A DNA stretch of 64,000 nucleotides, taken from assembly GCA_043825985.1 (NCBI GenBank), contig JBDRRB010000018.1, positions 16,934-80,933 on the forward strand. Direction: 5' to 3'. The stretch's first letter is position 1. Each line of letters starts with the position of its first letter. The notes under the pieces were generated by a model. It made no database searches and was not told the DNA's origin. It was given only the letters and a program-made list of their open reading frames with translations. This document shows positions 29,893 through 39,423 of the stretch, in pieces. The position numbers and the translations under genes were made by a program. The stretch comes from a bacterium (lineage in GTDB: Bacteria; Patescibacteriota; Patescibacteriia; SG8-24).

Positions 29893-29920
29893 AGGAAAAA
29901 ACTAAGGCTGACCGAGACGG

Positions 29921-30958
29921 TCAGCGGTTCAGAAAGCGGGACTTGTTGGAGTTGTGCTCGGAGAGCGATCGCGCGTAATGCACGGAACCGGAGGCATCAG
30001 TCAGGAAATACCAGTAGTCGTTCGGTTCGGGGTCGACCGCCGCCCGCAGCGCCTCCAGGCCGGGATTGCCGATCGGTCCGGCCGGCAAACCGCGGTACAG
30101 GTAGGTGTTGAACGGCGAGTCGATGCGGGTGTCGTCATAGCTCACGGATGGACGGCTGCCGCCGGTGGCGTAGTTGACGGTCGAGTCGGCCTGCAGCGGC
30201 ATGCCGGCATCCAGCCGACGCCAGAACAGGTCGGCGGCCAGCCGCATGTCCTCGCCTCCCCTGACCTCGCGTTCCAGCACGCTGGCCATGGTCACGACCT
30301 CGAACATGGTGCGGCCCTCGTTCTGCGCTCCGGCCTCGATCTCCGGCCCGACCCGCCGACCGAAGTTGTCGAGCAGGCGATGGACCACGTCCGAGGTGCT
30401 GGCGTCGGAGTACAGACGGTAGGTGTCCGGAAAAAGATACCCTTCGAGGCCACGGCCGGACGGCACGTCGGACAGGAACGGATACTCGCCCCTCAACTGC
30501 TCCATGGCCGGCGAGTCGGAACCGGCCACGGCTGCCGGCTGGCCGGTCAGGAAGTACAGGTCGGCCGCCGCCTGGTTCAGGCCGAGGGACTCGAGCGAAT
30601 CGTGCAGCTCGCGCAGGGTCTCGCCCTCGCGCAGCAGCAGCGTCACCTCCCGGTCGGCCGCCCCGACCTCAGCCAGCCGGCGGGCGATGTCGCCGTACGA
30701 GCCGACCCCGGTCAGGACGTGCTCGCCGGGCTGGATCCGGGTGGCCAGGCCGCTCCGCAGCAGCGACAGCCTAAACAGCGTCCGGCTGCGGACATAGCCG
30801 TCCTCGACCAGCCGATCGACGATGCCGTCGATGCTCTCCCCCTCCGACACGACGAACAGCCCGCCGTCCGGTCGGCCGGGAGTCAGCAGGTAGAGCAAAA
30901 ACGACGCCGCCAGGATGACGGCCGCCGCCGCGACAATCTTACGTCCGAGACGCGCCAT
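29921..30958 (-). CDS. mltG: Endolytic transglycosylase MltG
   Basis: LEGYLFPDTY, MASVLERE, LQADSTV, SPFNTY..RGLPAGPIGNPG. Confidence 0.93.
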   Translation of the reverse strand: MARLGRKIVAAAAVILAASFLLYLLTPGRPDGGLFVVSEGESIDGIVDRLVEDGYVRSRTLFRLSLLRSGLATRIQPGEHVLTGVGSYGDIARRLAEVGAADREVTLLLREGETLRELHDSLESLGLNQAAADLYFLTGQPAAVAGSDSPAMEQLRGEYPFLSDVPSGRGLEGYLFPDTYRLYSDASTSDVVHRLLDNFGRRVGPEIEAGAQNEGRTMFEVVTMASVLEREVRGGEDMRLAADLFWRRLDAGMPLQADSTVNYATGGSRPSVSYDDTRIDSPFNTYLYRGLPAGPIGNPGLEALRAAVDPEPNDYWYFLTDASGSVHYARSLSEHNSNKSRFLNR

Positions 30959-30961
30959 GCC

Positions 30962-32041
30962 TTACAGAAAACAATTGAGACGTTCGTCGTCCTTCAGCCG
31001 GTCGACGATCTGCTTGACCTCGTGGGCCCGGTCCTGCGGACAGATCAGCAGCGCGTCGCCGGTATCGACGATGACCATGCCGGAGACGCCGACTGTAGCG
31101 ACCAGCTTGCCCTCCGGGCACTGGACCAGGTTGCCGACCGAGTCGATCCCGACATGCTGGCCACGCACCACGTTCTCGTCCGCATCGCGAGCCAGTACCT
31201 CGCGCACCGTCCGCCAGTTGCCGATGTCCATCCAGCCGAACTCAGCCGGCACCACCAGCAGCCGACGCTCCTTCTCGAGAATTCCGTAGTCGATGCTGAC
31301 CGAGACCAGGCGGTCGAAGCAGGCAGAAACGGTCTCGTCCTCGGACGGCGTGCCGAACGACTCGCGCATCTGGCCGAACAGCTCGGCATGCTGCGGCAGG
31401 TGCAGCCAGTACAGCTCGAGGAACGAGCGCACCCGCCCGACGATCAGGGTCGGATTCCACAGGTAGCGGCCGTCGGCCAGATATCCCTCGGCCGTGGCGC
31501 GGTCCGGCTTCTCGACGAACTGGCTGACCTCGAAGATGTCCCAGCCGTCGTCATGCCCGACCTGGGCGTCGAGTCGGATGTAGCCGTAGCCGGTCTCCGG
31601 ATAGGTCGGACGGATGCCGATCAGCACTGTCCGGCTCGGGTCGGACTCGACCGTCCGGCCGGCCGCGGCGATCGCGGAGTGGTAGGCGTCCGGGTCGCGC
31701 ACGTGGGCATCGGAGTTGATCACGACGAAGGTCTCGTCGGGACGGTCGACGGACAGCCGAAGCAGCGCGTACCCGATGGCCGAAGCGGTGTCGCGCCGGC
31801 ACGGCTCACGAACGACGTGGCCGGCGGGCAGCTCCGGCAGCTGGGCCATAACCGCCGCCGCCTGCTCGTCGGCCGTGGCGACGTAGATGTCCTGCGGCGA
31901 GAAGCGGGACCGGACGCGAGCATAGGTGGCCTTAAGCATGGACAGCGAACCGACGATCGCTTCCAACTGCTTGGGACTGCCCTTTCTCGATACCGGCCAG
32001 AGACGGGTCCCGCCTCCGCCGGCCAAAATTACGGCGATCAT
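30962..32041 (-). CDS. Mannose-1-phosphate guanylyltransferase
   Basis: ILAGGGGTRLWPVSR..PKQ, EPCRRDTA, PETGYGYI, FVEKP, SIDYGILE. Confidence 0.9.
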   Translation of the reverse strand: MIAVILAGGGGTRLWPVSRKGSPKQLEAIVGSLSMLKATYARVRSRFSPQDIYVATADEQAAAVMAQLPELPAGHVVREPCRRDTASAIGYALLRLSVDRPDETFVVINSDAHVRDPDAYHSAIAAAGRTVESDPSRTVLIGIRPTYPETGYGYIRLDAQVGHDDGWDIFEVSQFVEKPDRATAEGYLADGRYLWNPTLIVGRVRSFLELYWLHLPQHAELFGQMRESFGTPSEDETVSACFDRLVSVSIDYGILEKERRLLVVPAEFGWMDIGNWRTVREVLARDADENVVRGQHVGIDSVGNLVQCPEGKLVATVGVSGMVIVDTGDALLICPQDRAHEVKQIVDRLKDDERLNCFL

Positions 32042-32670
32042 AATTGCTTGCTCCGATTAGCCTCCTCCGATCCGGACCGGCGAACCAGCCGCCCGGAAAT
32101 TTTCTGACGATCCCCGTACCAGTTACCGACAACGCCCACGACCGCCGCCCAGGCGGTGCCCAGCAGCGCTCCGGCCAGCACGTCGAGCGGGAAGTGAACC
32201 CCGACGGCGACCCGGCCGACGGCAACCAGGACAGCGACGGCCAAAGCCGGCAGGCCGTACCGTCGATTGACCATCAGCACCGAGACGGCCAGGGCAAAGG
32301 CCAACGTCGCGTGGTCCGACGGAAACGACTTGGCCAGAAGCGGCGGATCGACCAGCAGGCGCACGCCGTCGAGTGAGACGAACGGCCGCTCACGGAACAG
32401 GATCATGGCCAGCACGGCGCTGTCGACGGCCGACAGGGCCACGGCCACGAGCGAACGAACCGCAATGACCGGACCGTCGACGCCACGACTCCTCCGTCCA
32501 CCCCAGAGACGGTCGCTGACCGACACGACGGCCGCCAACAGCACCGCCGCGGCCAAGACGTAAATCAGCCATTTGGCGGCAACTACGGCAGCGAAATCAA
32601 AGACGTGACTGGTACCGGCCAGGCCGTTGAGCCACCTGAATGCCGACAGGTCATAAGGTAAAGTTGGCAT
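32038..32670 (-). CDS. PAP2-family phosphatase (undecaprenyl-PP phosphatase-like)
   Basis: RERPF, SFPSDHA, GRVAVGVHFPLDV. Confidence 0.88.
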   Translation of the reverse strand: MPTLPYDLSAFRWLNGLAGTSHVFDFAAVVAAKWLIYVLAAAVLLAAVVSVSDRLWGGRRSRGVDGPVIAVRSLVAVALSAVDSAVLAMILFRERPFVSLDGVRLLVDPPLLAKSFPSDHATLAFALAVSVLMVNRRYGLPALAVAVLVAVGRVAVGVHFPLDVLAGALLGTAWAAVVGVVGNWYGDRQKISGRLVRRSGSEEANRSKQL

Positions 32671-32813
32671 GGATTCAAGTTACATCGTAAGGTCGACATT
32701 TGGCAAAGCCGGTTGGACAAATTGAGGACAGCGAAACGAACCCGGAATTCATTTCGGCGACAACAAAAAAAACGACCGCTAGGCGGTCGCCGCGAGGCTC
32801 GCGTCGGCTGACG

Positions 32814-33770
32814 TCAGTCCATACCGACGACATCATCCGAAGAATCAAGCTGATCAGTGAAATCCTTCAGGGGCATCAAGACGAAACCATGATACGTGTC
32901 GACTAGAAAAAATTTCCTAGCCTGGCCATTGTCGACTATCGTCACTGTGGGAGGAAAGACCTTCGCCGGCACCAATACCCCATGCCTTCTGAGCACACTC
33001 AAAAAATGACGAAGTTCATCATCCTTCGGCCTCCAGTCCAGCTCGCTGAAAAGTCCTTCCTTCTTCAGCCCCCTTACCATGGCCCAGAAATTGAGAGGTG
33101 TCGTATCGAGCCGCATTTCCAGCAGGAGCACGTTGACTATCTGCCGCAGCCGAACCAGGACCAGAAACGCCTCCATGTCACCATTTGAACTGAACTGCTT
33201 CCTGCCGAGCATGTCGGACGCCCGCTTGAGTGGAGAATCCTCGCTGTCGACTAAATCCTCATAGGTCATGAAACCGTCTGCCGACCCGATCAGGTCGGAG
33301 CTGCTTCTGTTGGCCGGTTTCAGGATCAGAACTGCCTGTCCCTGATTTCGCAGATCCTGAATAGCCGGAATGAAGTCCCGATCGAGGCTGGCGAAGATCA
33401 ACGTGTCAAAAATAACGTACCTCGCCAGAAACCCAAGCAAGGAAATGATGTTGGGGTCAGCCGTATCCTTGTCTCGCCGCAGACGGGGACAGTCAATGAC
33501 CTCTATTCCACACCCATGCAGCAGGTCGCGCTGACGAATCGTCAGCCGGCTGGCGTCGGCGAACGCCATCGCCCTGATGACATGCCCAACCTCCCGAGCC
33601 ACGTTCAGCAGTCCGGCCGGAGAGAAAAGAAGACCTTCCCCACCGGTGACCGACTCAAACCCTTCTCCTTTGAGGGACAAGGAAAAATTTTCGAGGTCCA
33701 GGACCAGTATGACCTTCCGGGCATTGGGATTCGAATTCCAATCCGGTCCGGAACTGTGCGGTCCGCCCAT
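32814..33770 (-). CDS. NYN (LabA/PIN-like) domain protein
   Basis: LDLENF, KDTAD, SLDRDFIP; lower GC; AAGGAGG SD upstream. Confidence 0.75.
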   Translation of the reverse strand: MGGPHSSGPDWNSNPNARKVILVLDLENFSLSLKGEGFESVTGGEGLLFSPAGLLNVAREVGHVIRAMAFADASRLTIRQRDLLHGCGIEVIDCPRLRRDKDTADPNIISLLGFLARYVIFDTLIFASLDRDFIPAIQDLRNQGQAVLILKPANRSSSDLIGSADGFMTYEDLVDSEDSPLKRASDMLGRKQFSSNGDMEAFLVLVRLRQIVNVLLLEMRLDTTPLNFWAMVRGLKKEGLFSELDWRPKDDELRHFLSVLRRHGVLVPAKVFPPTVTIVDNGQARKFFLVDTYHGFVLMPLKDFTDQLDSSDDVVGMD

Positions 33771-33876
33771 TGTATCCTCCTTCCCGTCGAACCGACGTTC
33801 GACAGGTCATGGCAACCTAGCGCCCACGGCGACAAATGTCAATGACCAGACGAAAAACCGCCGTACGGACGGCGGG

Positions 33877-34704
33877 CTACTTCTGACAGCTGGGGCAGTA
33901 GTGCGTACCCCGTCCGCCGAGACGGACCTTGCGGATCGATCCGCCGCAGCGCGAGCACGGCTGACCCTCGCGCCCGTAGGCCTCGAGCTCGCGCTCGTAT
34001 CCGCCCCGCCGGCCATGGGCGTCGCGATAGGAATCGACCGACGTACCACCGATCCGTATCGAACGGCGCAGGACATGTCGGACTGCCTCGAACAGCGACC
34101 GCACCTCGTCCGGCCGCAGCTTGCCCGCGGCCCGGCCGGGCCTGATCCCGGCCCGCCACAGCGACTCGTCGGAATAGATGTTGCCCACTCCGACCACGCA
34201 CTTCTGCGACAGCAGCAGCGGCTTGATCGCCGCCCGCGAATGGGCCTTCAGGCAGGCGGCGAACCCGTCGAGAATAAAATCCTTGCCCATTGGCTCCGGA
34301 CCGTAGCCGAGCGGTCCGAGAACTTTCCTCTCCAGCTCGTCCGTTCGGCAGACTCGCAGGAAGCCGAACTTGCGCAGGTCGTCGAAGAACATGACCTTTC
34401 CGCCGGACAGCCGGAACACGACGTGCGTATGGCGGCCCGGCTCGTGGTCCGGCTCGACCAGCAGCATCCGGCCGGTCATCTTCAGGTGCACGACCAGGGT
34501 ATCCCCGCCGGACAGCCCGATCAGCAGCAGCTTGGCGCGCCGGCCGACGGACTCGATGCGCCGGCCGGTCAGACAGTCGGCGAAGCGTCGGGCGCTCAGG
34601 TTGAGGCGGCCGGCGAAACGCACCTCGACCGAACTGATCCTGCGTCCGACGACAGCCCGTTCCAGCTGCCGGCGCACGGTCTCAACTTCGGGCAATTCGG
34701 GCAT
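33877..34704 (-). CDS. mutM: Formamidopyrimidine-DNA glycosylase
   Basis: MPELPEVE, HLKMTG, GVGNIYSDE, C-terminal zinc finger. Confidence 0.97.
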   Translation of the reverse strand: MPELPEVETVRRQLERAVVGRRISSVEVRFAGRLNLSARRFADCLTGRRIESVGRRAKLLLIGLSGGDTLVVHLKMTGRMLLVEPDHEPGRHTHVVFRLSGGKVMFFDDLRKFGFLRVCRTDELERKVLGPLGYGPEPMGKDFILDGFAACLKAHSRAAIKPLLLSQKCVVGVGNIYSDESLWRAGIRPGRAAGKLRPDEVRSLFEAVRHVLRRSIRIGGTSVDSYRDAHGRRGGYERELEAYGREGQPCSRCGGSIRKVRLGGRGTHYCPSCQK

Positions 34705-34708
34705 AAGT

Positions 34709-34793
34709 TAGGCTATAGGTTTCAGGAAATGGGTTATGGGCTCGAAAGAAGCGGGACAACGATCCCATCACCCATGGACTACCCCTATAGCCT
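34709..34793. repeat. Intergenic long imperfect hairpin with 7-nt periodic units
   Basis: taggctatagg...atgggtt atgggct...atcccat cacccat...cctatagccta. Confidence 0.55.
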
Positions 34794-36378
34794 AGATGAG
34801 CGGAGAGCCGGTCATACCGTCGGGCTTGTCGACGCCGAGAAGCCTGAGCACCGTCGGCGCGGTGTCGGCCAGCATTCCGGCCGGAGACATCAGCGACAGG
34901 TCGCCGCCGACGCCCTCACTGCCGCTGGGGGCGGACTGACCGCGCCAGCGCTCGCCGACGACGATGAACGGAACCGGATTGGTGCTGTGCTCCTTGTCCA
35001 GCTCGCCGGTCTGCAGATTCAGGACCTCCTCGCCGTTGCCGTGGTCGGCGGTGATGACCACCGCGCCGCCCCTGGGCAGCACGGCGTTGACGATCCGCCC
35101 GACGCAGCGGTCGACCGTCTCGCAGCCGACCTTCGTGGCCTCGAAGTTTCCGGAGTGCCCGACCATGTCGGCATTGGCGAAGTTGGCGACGATGAAGTCA
35201 AACTCGCCCCGTTCGACCTCCTGCAGGATACGGTCGGCGATCTTGGACGCCGACATCTCCGGTGCCTGGTCGTAGGACGAGACGCGCGGCGACGGGATGA
35301 TGACCCGAGACTCACCGGGGAACTCGTCCTCACGCATCCCGTTCAGGAAAAACGTGACGTGGGCGTACTTCTCGGTCTCGGCGATGTGCAGCTGCTTCAG
35401 TCCGGCGGCCGAGACGACCTGGGCCAGGCAGGTCTCGATGATCTCGGGCGGAAACGCCACCCTGACCGGCAGGCCCCTCTCGTACTCGGCCATCGTGCCA
35501 AAGAACAGCTCCGGCAGCAGCGTCCGCTCGAACTTGGAGAAGTCCGGTCTGACGAAGGCGGAAGTGATCTGCCTGGCCCGGTCCGGACGGAAGTTGGCGA
35601 AGATCACCGCGTCGCCGTTCTTGATCGGCCCGACCGGCCTGCCGTCCGGGCCGACCACGGCCACCGGCACGAACTCCTCGTCGTAGACCTCGGCCGCATA
35701 CGACTTCTCCAGCGCCGCCGCCGGATCCTGGCAGGTGCTGTCGGTCTCGCCGGTCACCGCCCGGTAGGCCTTCTCGACGCGGTCCCAACGGTTGTCGCGG
35801 TCCATGGCATAGAAGCGTCCGCTGACCGAACCGATCCGGCCGAAGCCCAGCTCCTTCAGCTTGGCCTGCAGCTCGCGCACGAAATCGATGCCCGCGTTGA
35901 ACTTGGTGTCGCGCCCGTCGGTGAAGACGTGCACCACCACGTCCTTGATCTCCTGCTTCTGGGCGAACTCCAGCAGCGCATGGACGTGCGCATCCGAGCC
36001 GTGCACGTTGCCCGGACTCAGGATGCCCATGATGTGCAGGGTGGAACCGTGCTGCCGGACGTGCTCGGCCGCCGCCAGGAACACCTCGTTCTGAAAGAAG
36101 CCGCCGTTCTGTATCGACAGGTTGATGCGCGGAAAGGTCTGATAGAAAATCCGGCCGGCACCGATGGTCAGGTGGCCGACCTCCGAGTTTCCCATCTCGC
36201 CCCACGACAGGCCGACCGCCTCGCCTGAGGCATGGACCGTCATGGTCGGAAAGGTGGTGATGATCTCGTCCAGATAGGGCGTGTCGGCGGCCTCGACCGG
36301 ATTGCCCGGCCCGGACTGGGCGACGCCCCAGCCGTCCAGGATCAGCAGAACCACCGGTTTGAACTTTTCTTCGGCCAT
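34792..36378 (-). CDS. gpmI: 2,3-BPG-independent phosphoglycerate mutase (copy 1)
   Basis: ILDGWG, MGNSEVGH, TDGRD, GRFYAMDRD, DMVGHSG, TADHGN. Confidence 0.95.
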   Translation of the reverse strand: MAEEKFKPVVLLILDGWGVAQSGPGNPVEAADTPYLDEIITTFPTMTVHASGEAVGLSWGEMGNSEVGHLTIGAGRIFYQTFPRINLSIQNGGFFQNEVFLAAAEHVRQHGSTLHIMGILSPGNVHGSDAHVHALLEFAQKQEIKDVVVHVFTDGRDTKFNAGIDFVRELQAKLKELGFGRIGSVSGRFYAMDRDNRWDRVEKAYRAVTGETDSTCQDPAAALEKSYAAEVYDEEFVPVAVVGPDGRPVGPIKNGDAVIFANFRPDRARQITSAFVRPDFSKFERTLLPELFFGTMAEYERGLPVRVAFPPEIIETCLAQVVSAAGLKQLHIAETEKYAHVTFFLNGMREDEFPGESRVIIPSPRVSSYDQAPEMSASKIADRILQEVERGEFDFIVANFANADMVGHSGNFEATKVGCETVDRCVGRIVNAVLPRGGAVVITADHGNGEEVLNLQTGELDKEHSTNPVPFIVVGERWRGQSAPSGSEGVGGDLSLMSPAGMLADTAPTVLRLLGVDKPDGMTGSPLI

Positions 36379-36383
36379 ATTCG

Positions 36384-38009
36384 TCAAGACAAAAGCGAGT
36401 GTCCGGTCATCTCGTCCGGCTTAGGAAGGCCCAGCACCTCCAATATGGTAGGGGCCACGTCGGCCAGCGTGCCGTCCCTGAGGCGACGGCGGCGAAGGCG
36501 CTTGCCGATTATGACGAAAGGAACGGGATTGGTCGAATGTTCGGTGATCACCTCACCGGTCCGACGGTCGGCCATCCGCTCGGCGTTGCCGTGGTCGCCG
36601 ACTATGGCCAGCGTGCCGTCGCGGGCCAGGACCTCCTTGGCCAGGGTGTCCAGGCATGCGTCCACGCACCGAACCGCCTCGACGGTCGCCGGAATGTTTC
36701 CCGAATGTGCCACCATGTCGGCGTTGGCGAAATTCAGGGCGATGAAGTCGTCCCGGCCGGCGCGCAGCCGACGGACCACCTCGTCCGTGATGACCCGAGC
36801 CCGCATCTCCGGCCGCAGGTAGTGGTGCGGCACGAACTGGGACGGGATGCGCATCCGCTCCTCGCCGAACCGTATCTGGGAAAAGCCGCCGTTCAGGAAG
36901 TACGTCACGTGGGCGAACTTCTCGCTCTCGGCGATGTACAGCTGACGCATCCCGTTCCGGCCCAGGACCTCGGTCAGGCCCATCTTAACGTCGCGGCTGG
37001 GAAAGGCGGTCATGATGCTGTCCAGGTCGGGACCGAAGTCGGTCATGGCCACGAACCGAAGATCCCTGACCACCTTATGGCGAACGAAGGCACCGTCGTT
37101 GCGCCGGGTGAATTCCTTCTGGACGAAGGTCTTAGCCAGCTGCCGGGCCCGGTCCGATCGAAGGTTGAAGAACACGATCGAGTCGCCGTCGTCGACGGGG
37201 CCGATCGGCCGATGCCTGGCGTCGACGATGACTGTCGGCAGCAGAAACTCGTCGGTCTCGCCGCGGTCGTAGCCGCGCCGGACGGCCGTCGCCGGATCCG
37301 GGGCGGCCACTCCCCGACCGCAGACGATGGCGTTGTAGGCATGCTGGGTCCTGACCCACCACTTGTTGCGGTCCATGGCGTAGAACCGCCCCATGATCGA
37401 GGCGACCCGCTGACCGTCGGACAGGTGCCTGTTCAGGGCCTGCAGCAGCTTGAGGGCGGAATGGGGCGACGAGTCACGTCCGTCGGTGAACAGGTGCAGC
37501 CGAACGTCGCGAATCCTTTCCCGGCGCATCATCTCGAGCAGGGCGTACAAGTGGGCCGGCGAGGAGTGGGCGCTGTTGCCGTTGGACAGCAGTCCCATGA
37601 CGTGAAGGCACGATCCGTTTCGTCGGACGTGCTTGACCGCCTCCCTGAGGGCCGAATTCTTGAAGAACGTCCCGTCCTTGATGGCCTCGGTCACGTAGAG
37701 GATGTCCTGATGGACGATCCGCCCGGCGCCGATGTTGGAGTGTCCGGCCTCGGAGTTGCCCTCCTGATTCGGGAGAAGGCCGACATGACGACCGTGGGCC
37801 ATCAGGCGCGAGCTGGGAAATTTCTTCTGCAAAGCGGACAGCGACGGCGTGCCGGCCAGGCAGATGGCGTTGCCGCGGCCCGGCGGGGCGATTCCCCAAC
37901 CGTCGAGGATAGCCAAAACAAACGGACCGGAACCCTGTCCCGCCCCATCCTGCCCGCCCCTACGGACGGCGACTCTTTTGGCCCTGGATGACCGCACTGG
38001 CATGGCCAT
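36384..38009 (-). CDS. gpmI: 2,3-BPG-independent phosphoglycerate mutase (copy 2)
   Basis: ILDGWG, GNSEAGH, TDGRD, GRFYAMDR, DMVAHSG, GDHGNAE. Confidence 0.93.
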   Translation of the reverse strand: MAMPVRSSRAKRVAVRRGGQDGAGQGSGPFVLAILDGWGIAPPGRGNAICLAGTPSLSALQKKFPSSRLMAHGRHVGLLPNQEGNSEAGHSNIGAGRIVHQDILYVTEAIKDGTFFKNSALREAVKHVRRNGSCLHVMGLLSNGNSAHSSPAHLYALLEMMRRERIRDVRLHLFTDGRDSSPHSALKLLQALNRHLSDGQRVASIMGRFYAMDRNKWWVRTQHAYNAIVCGRGVAAPDPATAVRRGYDRGETDEFLLPTVIVDARHRPIGPVDDGDSIVFFNLRSDRARQLAKTFVQKEFTRRNDGAFVRHKVVRDLRFVAMTDFGPDLDSIMTAFPSRDVKMGLTEVLGRNGMRQLYIAESEKFAHVTYFLNGGFSQIRFGEERMRIPSQFVPHHYLRPEMRARVITDEVVRRLRAGRDDFIALNFANADMVAHSGNIPATVEAVRCVDACLDTLAKEVLARDGTLAIVGDHGNAERMADRRTGEVITEHSTNPVPFVIIGKRLRRRRLRDGTLADVAPTILEVLGLPKPDEMTGHSLLS

Positions 38010-38133
38010 ATTATATAGTAAGCCCGATTTAAGTTGAATCTGGAGAATTGATATCCGACGACCATGGCAAACAACGGCCACGGAAAACAAAAGACGCCGC
38101 ATTCGGCAGCGTCATCCGGAACCAGTCGCGACT

Positions 38134-39396
38134 TCAGGCCGCCAGCTCGGACTCGATCTCCATCATCCGGTTGTACTTCTCCAGCCGCTCGCTGCGGGAC
38201 AACGAGCCGGTCTTGATGAACTCGGAATTCACGGCGACGGCCAGGTCGGCGATGAACGTGTCGGCGGTCTCGCCGGACCGGTGCGAGATGGCCGTCCGAT
38301 AGCCGCTGGCATGGGCCAGCTCGATGGCGTCGATCGTCTCGGACAGGCTGCCGATCTGGTTGACCTTGATCAGGATGGCGTTGGCCGCCCCGGTCTCGAT
38401 CCCGCGCCGCAGCCGGTCGACGTCGGTCACGAACAGGTCGTCACCGACCAGGACCAGCTTCTTGCCGAGCTGCCGGGTCTGTTCGGTCCAGTTGTTCCAG
38501 TCGTCCTCGGCCAAACCGTCCTCGAGCGTCATGAACGGGTACTTCTTGATCCAGCCGGCGTACATCTCCGTCATCTGCGCCGCGGTCATCGAGCGGCGGT
38601 CCAGGCGCAGCTCATAGCGCCGCCGCTTCTCGTCGTAGAACTCGGAGGCAGCCACGTCGGCACCGAGCATGACGTCGCGGCCGGGCCGGTAGCCGGCCTT
38701 GCGGATGGCCTGGACAATCAGCTTGAAGGCCTGCTCGTTCGACTCCAGGTGCGGCGCGTAGCCGCCCTCGTCGCCGACCGAAGTGACGTAGCCGGATTCC
38801 TTGAGTATGCCCCTGAGGGCATGGAAAATCTCGGCCCCGGCCCGCACCCGCTCGGCGAACTTCCGCTGCTGCGGGATGATCAGGCACTCCTGAAAGTCGA
38901 TCGCCCAGTCGGCATGACGGCCGCCGTTAAGCACGTTCATCATCGGCAGCGGCATCTTGTATCCGCGGTACGACAGCCGAAAAGCCGAACGCAGGTAGGC
39001 GTAGAGAGGCCGGCGACGGACGGCGGCACCGGCCCGGGCCGCGGCCAGCGAGACGGCCAGGATGGCGTTGGCCCCCAGCTTCGACTTGTTCTCCGTGCCG
39101 TCGAGCTCGATCAGTTCCCGGTCGAGCGCCCGCTGCCGGGTCACGTCGAAACCGACGAGCTGCCCGAGGATGCGGGTGTTCACGTTCCGGACCGCCTTGG
39201 TCACGCCCAACCCGCCGTACCTCTTTCGGTTACCGTCGCGCAGCTCCAGCGCCTCATGGGTGCCGGTCGAGGCGCCGGACGGAACGGAGGCGACGCCGCT
39301 GAACCCGCCCTCGACGTCGATCCGGACCGACAGCGTCGGATTGCCGCGCGAGTCCAGGATCTCGCGGGCCTTGATGTTCTTGATTCGGCTGGTCAT
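38134..39396 (-). CDS. eno: Enolase
   Basis: EILDSRGNPT, VPSGASTG, GDEGG, IKVNQIG, SHRSGET. Confidence 0.98.
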   Translation of the reverse strand: MTSRIKNIKAREILDSRGNPTLSVRIDVEGGFSGVASVPSGASTGTHEALELRDGNRKRYGGLGVTKAVRNVNTRILGQLVGFDVTRQRALDRELIELDGTENKSKLGANAILAVSLAAARAGAAVRRRPLYAYLRSAFRLSYRGYKMPLPMMNVLNGGRHADWAIDFQECLIIPQQRKFAERVRAGAEIFHALRGILKESGYVTSVGDEGGYAPHLESNEQAFKLIVQAIRKAGYRPGRDVMLGADVAASEFYDEKRRRYELRLDRRSMTAAQMTEMYAGWIKKYPFMTLEDGLAEDDWNNWTEQTRQLGKKLVLVGDDLFVTDVDRLRRGIETGAANAILIKVNQIGSLSETIDAIELAHASGYRTAISHRSGETADTFIADLAVAVNSEFIKTGSLSRSERLEKYNRMMEIESELAA

Positions 39397-39423
39397 GGCA
39401 GTTGCGTCAGGGTTGAAACGGCC

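Noticed and set aside
33577-36228. 883-aa + strand ORF, and similar long ORFs at 5714, 8033, 29954, 38281 and 55554
   Set aside because: Antisense shadows of well-supported genes, caused by high-GC codon bias; they contain no recognisable motifs.
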